NCBI GenBank assembly: GCA_963738405.1
Contig: CAVTWJ010000001.1
Location: 18,844 to 82,843, forward strand
DNA length: 64,000 bases
Origin: a candidate division FCPU426 bacterium
GTDB lineage: Bacteria; Oederibacteriota; Muellerivitia; Muellerivitales; Muellerivitaceae
Reading direction: 5' to 3'
Notes under the pieces: model-generated
What the model was told of the DNA's origin: nothing
What the model saw: the letters and a program-made list of their open reading frames with translations, nothing else
Databases searched by the model: none
Shown: positions 55,205 through 64,000 of the stretch, piece after piece
Layout of the letters: each line of letters starts with the position of its first letter
Position numbering within the stretch: the first letter of the stretch is position 1
Made by a program: the position numbers and the translations under genes

Positions 55205-56974
55205 ATGAATTTCGATCCTATCAAAGCACGCCTTCTGCGGCTTCCCGGCGCAAAGCAGGTTAAAGAAATGCTCATTCAACAAGGACATACCGAAGCCGAG
55301 GCGGAAATGGGCGGGCTGGCTATGGCCGGACTTATTGTTTTTCTTATCATCCTTCTCTTTAACAGTTTCCTCATCGGCGTCATCCACGTTTTTTTCAACA
55401 ACCTTTGGGCCGCCGCTCAGGAAAACCCGACCCAGGCCACCTTTGTGGGATTCGGAGTCACGATCGTCTTCCTCGGAATGTTTTTTAGCCTCATGCGTCG
55501 AAAAGAGGACGAAAAAAAGAAAGAGGAAATGGACGCCAGGCGCAAGCAGCATCAATTGGAGGAAAAACGCCAATTTTTGCGTAAGGGCGCCATGGGAAAT
55601 TTTGAAGAGGTGTTCCGCTACTACGCCTTGAAGAAGATTCCCGACTTGGACATCAAGACCATCCACGTCATCGATACGGTTCCGCGCATCCGTTTTACCG
55701 CCAAAAGGTTCAACACCGAATTGGGAGGGGATGTGGATGGAAATTTCCAGCGTTTCCGCGAGAAGCTTTTGGTTGAGACGGCTGCGGTCGTGGATCTGGT
55801 TTTCGAGCTTTCCGAAAGCATTCCCGCGGTCATCGTGGACGGCATGATGCAGTTCATCAATCGCGGTGCCAAGTATTACGACGGCCCGGTTCTGAGCCTT
55901 AAGGCGACCCGGGAGGTCTACATCCAGCTGGACCGGACCAAGAAAAGCCCCTTCAAGATCCTTTCTTCCTTTGATTTCCGTTACAACGACGGAATGGAGG
56001 TGGAACCCATCCCCGAGGGGGAGAACAAGACCGCCCGATTGATTGAAAAACTCAGGGAAAACGCCCCCAAGCTGAATGTGCGTTATGAGACCGCGGTCGA
56101 AAAGAAGGCCGATGACGGCTGGGAAAAACCCAAGGAAACGGCCTCTCTGGATGAGATTGTCCCTATCGATACCATGAAAGACAGGCAGTTGAGCAATATG
56201 CCTCTGGCCCAGTTTCAGGACATGCTGGTGAGCCTGCTGGCCAAAATGGGCTTCGAGGCGACAAGGGTTAAAAAGGTGCCGGGTGGGACGCTTCAGGTGC
56301 AGGCCGATTTTACCCATCCGGTCCTCGGCGGCAGTTTCCTGGTCCTGGGGCGGCAATTTCCGCCGGGCGCACAGGTGCACGCCGATTTGGTGAGGGAATT
56401 GGACGAAGTCACGAGGGAGGAAAACTGCCGGCGCGGGATCTATTTTGTCACCGGCGATTACACCGAAGAGGCCCGCAATATCGCCCTTAAACTCGCGGTG
56501 GATCTGGTCAACGGGAGAAAGCTCCAAGACCTGTTGGATGGCCCCCCCTATGAAACCCGCTGGTCGGTCCGCATGGTAGATGAAAAGGGTATTGTCATGG
56601 ACTTGAGCGGCATGTCCATGCTGGCCTTCCAGGACGAGGTGGACCAGTTCCTCAAAAGCATGGGGTTTCAGGTTGTGCGCATCCGCAGGGCGCCGGGAGG
56701 GGCCGTGGTGGCCGTGGCGGAACATCCGCACCCGATCACGGGCGGAAAATTCGCCGTATTGGCCAAACAATTTCCAGCCGAGGAACGGGTGCCCCAGGAG
56801 CAGGTGAGCGAGTTCAACCATATTATGAAATCCGAATTTTGCCACAGAGGTTTGCTGATGGTGACCTGCGCCACCAGCCGGGAAGCCCAGGCCTTGGCCC
56901 GTTTTTCCGGGGTGGAGATTGTGGACCGTAACGTCTGGGATAATTTACGCCGCCATCGGGACCTCGGGAGCTAA
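55205..56974 (+). CDS. Membrane-anchored protein with two C-terminal Mrr_cat-like restriction-endonuclease folds
   Basis: Two TM helices; two repeats of FQ.....L..MGF...PGG...GG.F.V...V....V.E...RG...T...EA...V..V. Confidence 0.75.
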   Translation: MNFDPIKARLLRLPGAKQVKEMLIQQGHTEAEAEMGGLAMAGLIVFLIILLFNSFLIGVIHVFFNNLWAAAQENPTQATFVGFGVTIVFLGMFFSLMRRKEDEKKKEEMDARRKQHQLEEKRQFLRKGAMGNFEEVFRYYALKKIPDLDIKTIHVIDTVPRIRFTAKRFNTELGGDVDGNFQRFREKLLVETAAVVDLVFELSESIPAVIVDGMMQFINRGAKYYDGPVLSLKATREVYIQLDRTKKSPFKILSSFDFRYNDGMEVEPIPEGENKTARLIEKLRENAPKLNVRYETAVEKKADDGWEKPKETASLDEIVPIDTMKDRQLSNMPLAQFQDMLVSLLAKMGFEATRVKKVPGGTLQVQADFTHPVLGGSFLVLGRQFPPGAQVHADLVRELDEVTREENCRRGIYFVTGDYTEEARNIALKLAVDLVNGRKLQDLLDGPPYETRWSVRMVDEKGIVMDLSGMSMLAFQDEVDQFLKSMGFQVVRIRRAPGGAVVAVAEHPHPITGGKFAVLAKQFPAEERVPQEQVSEFNHIMKSEFCHRGLLMVTCATSREAQALARFSGVEIVDRNVWDNLRRHRDLGS

Positions 56975-56980
56975 TCCCCC

Positions 56981-57009
56981 TTGACAGTCCCTTTTGTTCG
57001 GGTAACCAT
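56981..57009 (+). promoter_or_regulatory. Putative promoter for the acidic-protein gene
   Basis: Perfect TTGACA followed by a weak -10 (TAACCAT). Confidence 0.4.
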
Positions 57010-57070
57010 GGGGCCGAATTGGAGCACCCGAAGCTTAAGCAGGGCCATCCAAACCTTTTAGGAGGTAGTC

Positions 57071-57475
57071 TTGTCACCCAAACGCGCCCATGATGACGAA
57101 ATGAATGACGACGAGGATCCCATCGAAGAAGAGGACGAAACCGACGAGGACGATGAGGAAGAGGACGACGAAGAGGAGACGGTCACCCTCGACGCCGCCA
57201 AAGAGGAAGAAGAGGAAGACGACGACGACAAGGACGAAGACGAGGAAGAGGAAGATTCCACCGACGCGGACCGCAAGAAGCTTTTCGAAAGCGAGGCGGA
57301 GGATTTCCTCGAGAACCTGACGATCGAAGACGTCAAGGAAGTGTTGGAAGAGAACGAGCTGAGCGAAAGCCTGGCTCCCCGGCTGATGAAGCTCCTGAAA
57401 GAAGTCATCCATGAAGGCACGGTGGATGATCTGGATGACGCCTGGGATGAGGCCATCGAGCGGCTCGAAGAATAG
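57071..57475 (+). CDS. Highly acidic small protein
   Basis: AGGAGG RBS + TTG; 67 of 134 residues are D/E by manual count. Confidence 0.8.
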   Translation: MSPKRAHDDEMNDDEDPIEEEDETDEDDEEEDDEEETVTLDAAKEEEEEDDDDKDEDEEEEDSTDADRKKLFESEAEDFLENLTIEDVKEVLEENELSESLAPRLMKLLKEVIHEGTVDDLDDAWDEAIERLEE

Positions 57476-57578
57476 AAAAAGCTTAAGCGGGCGCCCTTTA
57501 TTCTCGCGGATAATCGGCGCCTTTTTTGTGTCCGCCCCGGTTCTGGATTCAAGTCCCTTTGTGTTAAACTTGCCCACC

Positions 57579-58106
57579 ATGATTAAGGCTTATTTTCGAA
57601 AACTTGTTTTTCTCTGGCGCCATCCGGTCGATTTTTTTTCCACGGCTGCCCTAGAATCCAAACCCCAGGAAGCCTCCACCTTCGCCGCCATGACGGCCGT
57701 GCTCGTTTCGTTGGAGTTGGGCCTGCAGGAAGCCCTTTCCCGGGGCACCCTTTCCATTGTGGCCTTTGTGACCCTCATGCTTTTGATCGGTTTGCCCTTC
57801 GCCGTTTTGGTTTGCGGTTATTTGTGGGCCTATTTCATCCGCCTGACAGGCATTCTCTTGGGCGCGGATCTTTACCTCCCCGACCTTCAAAAATTGGTTT
57901 TTTATTCCAGCGGGGGCCTGGCGGCCTTAGGCGTGGCCTATCTGTTGGGCAAATGGGTCGCCATCGCCGCTTTGTTTTTTCAGGTGGTGGGGGCCGAGAA
58001 AGTCTTGGCCTGTTCCAGGGTTTCGGCTTATGTTTATATCCTCCTGCCCGCCGCCATGATGGGTGTTTTGATGGCGGTGTTAGCCCTTCTCTTCAAGGTG
58101 TTTTAA
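57579..58106 (+). CDS. Yip1-like membrane protein
   Basis: LWRHPVDFF N-terminus, ~5 TM segments. Confidence 0.7.
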   Translation: MIKAYFRKLVFLWRHPVDFFSTAALESKPQEASTFAAMTAVLVSLELGLQEALSRGTLSIVAFVTLMLLIGLPFAVLVCGYLWAYFIRLTGILLGADLYLPDLQKLVFYSSGGLAALGVAYLLGKWVAIAALFFQVVGAEKVLACSRVSAYVYILLPAAMMGVLMAVLALLFKVF

Positions 58107-58447
58107 TGCCCACCGCCCCCAAATCCCGCAGACGGACCGCAAAGGCCATGGCCGCCCCTAAAGTCGCCTCCCCTCCGTCACAAGCGGTTTCGGCCCCCAA
58201 TCCCATTTGGGCCAACCGGTTTGGCTGGTACCTTTTTTCTCTCTTTATCCCCATGGCCGGCATATTGATCGGGCTTTTTTTCTACGACCAGACCTCCCTG
58301 GAAGCCCGGAAGGTCGGGAAGCAGTCCCTTTGGATCGGTTTCCTCGTCTGGGTGGTTTTTCCCCTTTTCATCCTGATGGCCCTTTTGTTCATCGTCGGTC
58401 TGGCGGCCGCCTCCTGGCTTTCGGGTGCCACAAGCTCAATCGATTAA
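58106..58447 (+). CDS. Small membrane protein
   Basis: TAATG overlap; YLFSLFIPMAGILIG...ARKVGKQSL two-TM pattern. Confidence 0.7.
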   Translation: MPTAPKSRRRTAKAMAAPKVASPPSQAVSAPNPIWANRFGWYLFSLFIPMAGILIGLFFYDQTSLEARKVGKQSLWIGFLVWVVFPLFILMALLFIVGLAAASWLSGATSSID

Positions 58448-58472
58448 TTCCAATGGAGGGGGCGCCTAACTG

Positions 58473-59204
58473 ATGCCGACGGTCCTGATTACCGGTGGAA
58501 CCAGGGGAATTGGCCTTGCTTTGGGCAAGGCCTGCGCTCAAAAAGGCTGGACGGTCGAGGCCTGCTACCACCAGGATGAGGCATCGGCCCTTCTGGCGCG
58601 CCAAACCCTTCAAGCACTCAACCCTTCCTGCCAAGTGACCCTTTGCGACGTGGGGGATGCCGCCCAAATCCAGTCTTGGGTGGAGGGCGCCCTGAAACGA
58701 AACTCCTCTATCGAATGCGCCATCCATAATGCCGGTGTCACGAAAAACGCCCGCATCCTGAACATTGAAGAGTCCGACTGGAATGAAACCCTTCAAGTGC
58801 ACCTCAAGGGCGCTTTTCACCTTTCCCAAACCCTTTTGAAGCCCATGATGAAACAAAAAAACGGACATCTGATATTCGTCTCCTCCCTCGTGGCTTCCAC
58901 GGGCAATATCGGCCAAGGGGCCTATACCGCCGCCAAGGCGGGGCTGGTGGGCCTGGCCCGCAGTTTGGCGCAGGAATACGGCACTCGAAATGTAAGGGTC
59001 AATGTGGTCAATCCCGGTTTTCACAAGACCCGGCTGGCGGAGGGGCTTTCCCCCGAGGCCGAACAGGCCATCCTTTCACGCCATATCCTGGGACGCTCGG
59101 CGGATTTAAACGAAGTTTGCGCTTTCTTTACCTGGCTGGCCGAATCCCAAAATATCTCCGGGCAGGTCTTTAACCTGGATTCCCGCCTTCCCGGATGGCT
59201 ATGA
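58473..59204 (+). CDS. 3-oxoacyl-ACP reductase-like SDR
   Basis: TGGTRGIG, HNAG, GNIGQGAYTAAKAG, VNPGF. Confidence 0.88.
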   Translation: MPTVLITGGTRGIGLALGKACAQKGWTVEACYHQDEASALLARQTLQALNPSCQVTLCDVGDAAQIQSWVEGALKRNSSIECAIHNAGVTKNARILNIEESDWNETLQVHLKGAFHLSQTLLKPMMKQKNGHLIFVSSLVASTGNIGQGAYTAAKAGLVGLARSLAQEYGTRNVRVNVVNPGFHKTRLAEGLSPEAEQAILSRHILGRSADLNEVCAFFTWLAESQNISGQVFNLDSRLPGWL

Positions 59205-60382
59205 GTTCCCGCCTCGTCGTCACGGGGATGGGGGTCGTCACACCCCTGGGGGCCGACACCGATAAAACTTTTTACCGAATCATGGCCGGGGAAAGGGCCA
59301 AGACCCTCTTGGCCGGGAAGGAATGGAAAGGATTCGATAACTTTCCCAGGGCTGCCCAGGCCCTGGAAGTTTGGATTCCGGAAAGGCTTTTGCAAAGAGA
59401 TCGATCTCTCCAGTTGGCGGCGGTCGCGGCGCGTGAAGCCTGGAAACAGGCGGGGCTTTATTCGGTTCCTCCGGAAAAAATCGGCACCACCTTTTCTTCC
59501 AGCAAAGGGGGTCTCTTGACCCTCTTGTCCGCCGCCAAGGACCCCGCGACTTCCGATTGGGATTTTTTATCTGATTTTTTCCCCGACGCGGGGGGCAAGC
59601 TCCTCGCTCAACAATTCGGGTTTTCCGGTCCCCGCCTCTCGGTTTCTTCCGCCTGCTCCACCGGCATCGCCTCCCTCAGTTTGGCCGCGCGTTTGCTATT
59701 GGATCACGAATGCGACGCGGTCATCGCGGGAAGCACTGAATCTTCCATCCATCCCCTCATCTACGCCGGGTTTGATCAAATGGGCGTTTTGAGCCATGAA
59801 CCGGACGGTCCCCGCCCCTTTGATGTGGCCCGGGACGGGTTTTTGATGGGCGAAGGCGCCGGAGTGATGGTGGTGGAAAGGCAAGAGTCTGCGAAGAAAC
59901 GAAAGGCGAAACCCCTTGCCTATCTTTCGGGTTGGGCCCTGGCGGGGGATACCCACGCCCCTCTGGAAGTGGACCCGACGGGAAGCAGTATTGTTCACCT
60001 CATCCGCCTGGCCCTGGAAAGGGCCAAGCTAAACCCAGGCGATATTGGCTATATTAACGCCCATGGAACGGGCACTCACTTTAATGACCTGGTGGAATCC
60101 AAGGCGCTTTTGGAGGTGTTTGGTAGGGAAACTTTTGTCAGTTCCACCAAGGGTTCCACCGGCCATCTATTAGGGGCGGCGGGAAGCGTGGAGGCCATCC
60201 TCAGCGTTATGGCACTCCTGAATGGTTTGTTGCCCCCGACAGCCGGCCTTGAAAACCCCGATCCCCAATGCAAGGTTCGTCATGTGTCTTCCAAGGGCGC
60301 GCATCGAAAGGTGGATCATGTCCTTTCGCTTTCCTATGGTTTTGGGGGACAATTGGGCGCGGTGATTTTTTCGAAGGTTTGA
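59201..60382 (+). CDS. Beta-ketoacyl-ACP synthase (FabF-like, divergent)
   Basis: VVTGMG, SACSTG, RPFD..RDGF.MGEGAG, NAHGTGT, KGSTGHLLGAAG, SYGFGG; ATGA overlap. Confidence 0.9.
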   Translation: MSSRLVVTGMGVVTPLGADTDKTFYRIMAGERAKTLLAGKEWKGFDNFPRAAQALEVWIPERLLQRDRSLQLAAVAAREAWKQAGLYSVPPEKIGTTFSSSKGGLLTLLSAAKDPATSDWDFLSDFFPDAGGKLLAQQFGFSGPRLSVSSACSTGIASLSLAARLLLDHECDAVIAGSTESSIHPLIYAGFDQMGVLSHEPDGPRPFDVARDGFLMGEGAGVMVVERQESAKKRKAKPLAYLSGWALAGDTHAPLEVDPTGSSIVHLIRLALERAKLNPGDIGYINAHGTGTHFNDLVESKALLEVFGRETFVSSTKGSTGHLLGAAGSVEAILSVMALLNGLLPPTAGLENPDPQCKVRHVSSKGAHRKVDHVLSLSYGFGGQLGAVIFSKV

Positions 60383-60395
60383 TAGCGGGGAGCGT

Positions 60396-60785
60396 ATGGA
60401 CGATCCGGAAGAACATCAAGAAGGGTCTATTCGCCCAATAGGAAAGATTTGCGCCGAGCTTTTCCTGGAGGCCATCGAGGCGGGGGCATCCGAAATCCAA
60501 ATCAGGCCGGTCGTTGAGCCCTTTAAGGAATCCAGAATTCAGCTTCGCTTGCGGGTGAAGGGGGAATTGGTCCCGGGAAATACGGACTTGCCCTGGCCCC
60601 ACTATCGCCACTTGATTTCGCGGTTTAAGAAGATGGGCTCCATGGATGTGGCGGAGCGGAGAATGCCTCAAAGCGGCCATTTGGTGTTCCAATACAATGG
60701 AAAGCACTATCCAATGACCCTGCAGATCCAGCCCATTCTGGAACTCGAAAGTTGTGTCATTTACCTGGATCAGAAAAAGGTTTAA
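60396..60785 (+). CDS. Stand-alone GspE/PilB N2 (PAS-like) domain without ATPase domain
   Basis: AIEAGASEIQIRP, RLRVKGEL, ISRFKKMGSMDVAERRMPQSG; stops before Walker A. Confidence 0.75.
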   Translation: MDDPEEHQEGSIRPIGKICAELFLEAIEAGASEIQIRPVVEPFKESRIQLRLRVKGELVPGNTDLPWPHYRHLISRFKKMGSMDVAERRMPQSGHLVFQYNGKHYPMTLQIQPILELESCVIYLDQKKV

Positions 60786-60845
60786 GGTTTTTGGTGGTTC
60801 GGAAAAGAAATGATGAAATGCGTCCATTTAAAAAGGGTGGGTTCA

Positions 60846-61130
60846 ATGACTTATAAAGTGATGGTCGATGATAATTTTGGTTTTATGGACGAGGAAAAGC
60901 GATATGCCCATGGCGAGTTCGAGTCCGTGGAAGCGGCCATCGAGGCTTGCAAAAAGATCGTCGACGAATGGCTGGAATCTTCCTATAACCCCGGGATAAG
61001 TGCCAAGGAGCTTTTCACGGGATACAAGCATTATGGAGTGGACCCGTGGATTTCCGAGGCCGAAAAGACAACTTTTTCCGCTTGGAAATACGCAGAACAA
61101 CGCTGCGCTGAGATTTGCTCGAAGGTTTAA
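60846..61130 (+). CDS. Hypothetical protein
   Basis: YKVMVDDNF...GEF...CKKIVD...FSAWKYA; protein-like composition. Confidence 0.7.
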   Translation: MTYKVMVDDNFGFMDEEKRYAHGEFESVEAAIEACKKIVDEWLESSYNPGISAKELFTGYKHYGVDPWISEAEKTTFSAWKYAEQRCAEICSKV

Positions 61131-61202
61131 ACCCTAACCAGATTTTCTTTTCCCCGTCCCGCTACCGCCTATAATCTAACGACCCAAGACAAAGGATTTC
61201 CC

Positions 61203-63305
61203 ATGCGCTTAAAAGATTTGGGTTTCATTTTGGCCGTCTCGCTGTGTTTCATTGGGATGGCGGATCAGGCGGTTTCCAAGACTATGGCAAAAACCTTCCA
61301 AAATCCCATCCTGACGGGCTTTCATCCCGATCCCAGCATCTGCCGTGTGGGGGATGATTTTTACCTCACCAATTCCACCTTCGAAATGTTTCCGGGCCTT
61401 CCTATCTACCACAGCCGCGACCTGGTCCATTGGGCCCCAATCGGAAATGCCCTTAACCGCGAAAGCCAACTCCCCTTAAAAGGCGCCACTGACGGGGGCG
61501 GGCTTTACGCGCCGACCCTGCGTTATTGGAAGGGGCTCTTTTATCTCACTTGCTGCAATATCAGCGGCGGGGGAAATTTCATCGTCACCGCCAAGGACCC
61601 CGCGGGCCCCTGGTCCGAACCCGTTTGGCTGGGGGATTACGGCATCGACGGCTCCCTATTCTTCGATGAGGACGGGAAGATTTATTACACGAGGGCCGGA
61701 ACGGAAGGCGAAAACGGCATCTTTCAGGCCGAACTGGACCCTGCCACCTTCAAACCCACCGCGCCCTTTAAGTTGATTTGGCAATATCCGGATGAATGGA
61801 ACGAAGGTCCTCACGTCTATAAGATCAAAGGGAAGTACTACCTCCTCATCGCCGCCGGGGGAACCGAATCCCATCATCAAGAAGTAGCTGCCCGGGCGGA
61901 TAGCCCCTGGGGCCCCTTCGAGGCCTGTCCCCACAATCCCATCCTGACCGAGCGGGACGATCCCCAAAGCCCCATCCAATGCACGGGCCACGCCGACTTG
62001 ATCGAGGCCCCGGATAGCACTTGGTGGCTGGTGTTTCTCGGCACCAGGCCACAGAACGGAATGTCGGTGCTGGGCCGTGAAACCTTCCTATCCCCAGTCC
62101 ATTGGACAAAGGGTGAATGGCCGATAGCTGGTAATAACCACCACATAGCGATGGAAATGGATGCGCCCCAGTTAAAGCCCTTTCCGGTTCCGCCTCCCCC
62201 CACCAAGACCCTCTTTAATACCGCCTCCCTCGGGTTCGAGTGGCTCCATATCCGCAATTATGACCCGAAGAATTTCTCGCTCTCCGACCGGAAGGGATTC
62301 CTCCGCATCCGCGCCGCCAAGGACAGCCTGGACCTGAAATCGGAAGAACCCGCCTTTGTGGGTCTTCGCCAAAGCGCCTTTCGGCTCACCGTCCGTACCG
62401 AGATGGAATTTGCTCCCGTCCAAGACAGCGAGGAAGCGGGACTTTGCGTGAGGGCCAATGACGACAACCATTACGAAATTGGGGTGGGCCAGTTTGACGG
62501 CAAGACTCTGGTTTTCGTGCGCAACCGGGTGAAGGCTGAAAGTTTCATGGTCACCCAAATGCCGGCGCAATCGGGCAAGATCCAATTGGAAATCTCGTGC
62601 TTGGAAAACCAGTACCAATTTGCCTATTCCCTGGATGGCAAGGCCTGGACACCCCTAGCGGCATCGGCCTCGGCCGACTTGTCCAGGGAGAAGGCGGGCG
62701 GTTTCACCGGCACGGCGATCGGGCTTTACGCCAGCGCCAACGGCAAAGAATCCACGGCTTACGCGGATTTCGCCTGGTTTGAAATGGCGCCCGGCGCGGT
62801 ATCCAAACAGCTGACCAATTTCCAAAAGCCTACCCCAACGCCTCTTGTGCCCCAGGACCATTGGCGCATCCGCGCGGGTGGGCAGGATTTTAAGGACAAG
62901 GAAGGCTTGAGCTGGTCGCAAGATGTGGGCTTTTCGGAGAGCGATAAAACGGACACCTCGCGGCCCATTAGCGGAACCTCCGATTCTGAACTTTACCAAA
63001 CCGAACGCTGGGGCAGTGATTTTGGCTATAACCTGCCGGTGCCGCAGGGCAAGTACAGGGTTCGTCTCAAGTTCGCCGAGACCTATATCCGCAAAGAAGG
63101 CGGTAGGGTTTTTGACATTCTGATTAACGGAAAAAAGGTCCTCGCGCATTTCGATATCCTCAAAGAGGCTGGTGCCTTCGATAAGGCCATCGATAAAAGT
63201 TTCGCGGATATCCAGCCCGACGCGAATGGGAACATTCAAATTCGATTCGTTTCTTCGGTCCAGAACGCCAAGGTTTGCGCCGTCGAGATTACGCGCCAAC
63301 CCTGA
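61203..63305 (+). CDS. Secreted GH43 beta-xylosidase/arabinofuranosidase with GH43_C and malectin domains
   Basis: NPILTGFHPDPSI, LYAPT, GIDGS, EGPH, GHADL, LGRET; PTPTP linker; LYQTERWG...LKFAE...RVFDI malectin. Confidence 0.93.
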   Translation: MRLKDLGFILAVSLCFIGMADQAVSKTMAKTFQNPILTGFHPDPSICRVGDDFYLTNSTFEMFPGLPIYHSRDLVHWAPIGNALNRESQLPLKGATDGGGLYAPTLRYWKGLFYLTCCNISGGGNFIVTAKDPAGPWSEPVWLGDYGIDGSLFFDEDGKIYYTRAGTEGENGIFQAELDPATFKPTAPFKLIWQYPDEWNEGPHVYKIKGKYYLLIAAGGTESHHQEVAARADSPWGPFEACPHNPILTERDDPQSPIQCTGHADLIEAPDSTWWLVFLGTRPQNGMSVLGRETFLSPVHWTKGEWPIAGNNHHIAMEMDAPQLKPFPVPPPPTKTLFNTASLGFEWLHIRNYDPKNFSLSDRKGFLRIRAAKDSLDLKSEEPAFVGLRQSAFRLTVRTEMEFAPVQDSEEAGLCVRANDDNHYEIGVGQFDGKTLVFVRNRVKAESFMVTQMPAQSGKIQLEISCLENQYQFAYSLDGKAWTPLAASASADLSREKAGGFTGTAIGLYASANGKESTAYADFAWFEMAPGAVSKQLTNFQKPTPTPLVPQDHWRIRAGGQDFKDKEGLSWSQDVGFSESDKTDTSRPISGTSDSELYQTERWGSDFGYNLPVPQGKYRVRLKFAETYIRKEGGRVFDILINGKKVLAHFDILKEAGAFDKAIDKSFADIQPDANGNIQIRFVSSVQNAKVCAVEITRQP

Positions 63306-63336
63306 TTCAAACCATGCCACGACGAGGGTGTAATTT

Positions 63337-63762
63337 ATGAAAACTCCATCGCCCAAAATCAAAATCATTTCAGGGGATCATGCCGGATTCCGAAAAAAAG
63401 TGGTCCTAAAACTATCAGCCTTCAACGAAAGCAAGGTCGGGCCGGTGGGTTGGAAAGAGATCGGCTTTGAGGCTAGGGATGGAAAGGGAAGGTTTATCGG
63501 CGGTCTAACCGGCTCCACCTATTTGGGCTGGCTCTATGTAGACCTTCTTTTTGTTGAAGAAAAATACAGGGGCCAAGGAGTGGGGACACACTTGCTCAAA
63601 ACGGCCGAAACCTGGGCCAAAAAGCGGGGCTGTCATCACGTCAATCTCAACACCATTACCTTTCAGGCGCCTGGGTTTTACCGGAAATTGGGGTACAAGG
63701 TTTTTGGCAGGCTGTCCTATCCCAAGGGTAACATTCGATATTTTTTGAAGAAAAAGTTGTAG
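63337..63762 (+). CDS. GNAT-family acetyltransferase
   Basis: LYVDLLFV...RGQGVG, TFQAPGFY.KLGY. Confidence 0.92.
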   Translation: MKTPSPKIKIISGDHAGFRKKVVLKLSAFNESKVGPVGWKEIGFEARDGKGRFIGGLTGSTYLGWLYVDLLFVEEKYRGQGVGTHLLKTAETWAKKRGCHHVNLNTITFQAPGFYRKLGYKVFGRLSYPKGNIRYFLKKKL

Positions 63763-63771
63763 GAAGCAGTC

Positions 63772-64000
63772 ATGAAAAAAAGCCTCGACGTTTATCTTTA
63801 CGGCATGACCGTGCTTTCCACCATCCACCGCTTGCAAGGGTCTTACCCCAAGCCGGATTCCTACCAAGAAATCGACCAGACCTATGTCGTTCCCGGCGGG
63901 GAAACGGGCAACGCCGCCATTCTCCTGGCCCGGCTGGGGCTACGTGTGCATCCGGAGGGAGCCCTGCTTGGTTCCGATACCCAAGAAACGATTCTCCGCT
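63772..64000 (+). CDS. PfkB-family kinase (3'-truncated by window edge)
   Basis: Manual translation MKKSLDVYLYGMTVLSTIH...PGGETGNAAILLARLG. Confidence 0.8.
   Translation, partial: MKKSLDVYLYGMTVLSTIHRLQGSYPKPDSYQEIDQTYVVPGGETGNAAILLARLGLRVHPEGALLGSDTQETILR

Noticed and set aside
55196-56845. 549-aa antisense ORF (also 42307..43548, 12261..13319, 8581..9375, 16906..17667)
   Set aside because: Shadow ORFs opposite well-supported genes, expected from codon bias; no motifs

Overview
Chromosomal window from a diderm bacterium (outer-membrane porin, AsmA, lipoproteins; mid-50s % GC by eye). No rRNA, tRNA, CRISPR array, transposase or integrase was found. Layout: aspartate-family amino-acid operon (alaC, AspAT, hom, thrC, aspartokinase, cimA, murI); OM protein, TlpA, Fur and GreA; a complete SAM-I riboswitch in front of a second threonine-synthase paralog; a ~12.4 kb patchwork of accessory genes; a MoaD-like carrier/NIL/ThiF-like/cysK sulfur cluster; PFOR plus a DHODH-like gene, followed by twin Cys-rich PAS-like proteins around a glutathione peroxidase; a porin-pstSCAB-phoU operon with Pho-box-like repeats; csp, a BshB1-like deacetylase, recA, AsmA, an MFS transporter, a phosphatase and mazG; a membrane-anchored tandem Mrr-like pseudo-nuclease followed by a 50%-acidic protein; fabG/fabF; GH43-malectin. 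The best candidates for something new are (i) a SAM-controlled, sulfur-carrier-dependent homocysteine route whose genes are split and whose E1-like gene looks degenerate, (ii) a dense non-coding module at 22.85-23.3 kb (two perfect palindromes, a 21-bp-periodic array, TGGCACRAT repeats), (iii) a CACCAAG-octamer hairpin element present twice, (iv) the Cys-PAS/Gpx/Cys-PAS cassette beside PFOR, (v) the dead-Mrr/acidic-protein pair and (vi) a candidate lineage-specific SOS operator at recA. All functional calls come from motif recognition by eye; no searches were run.
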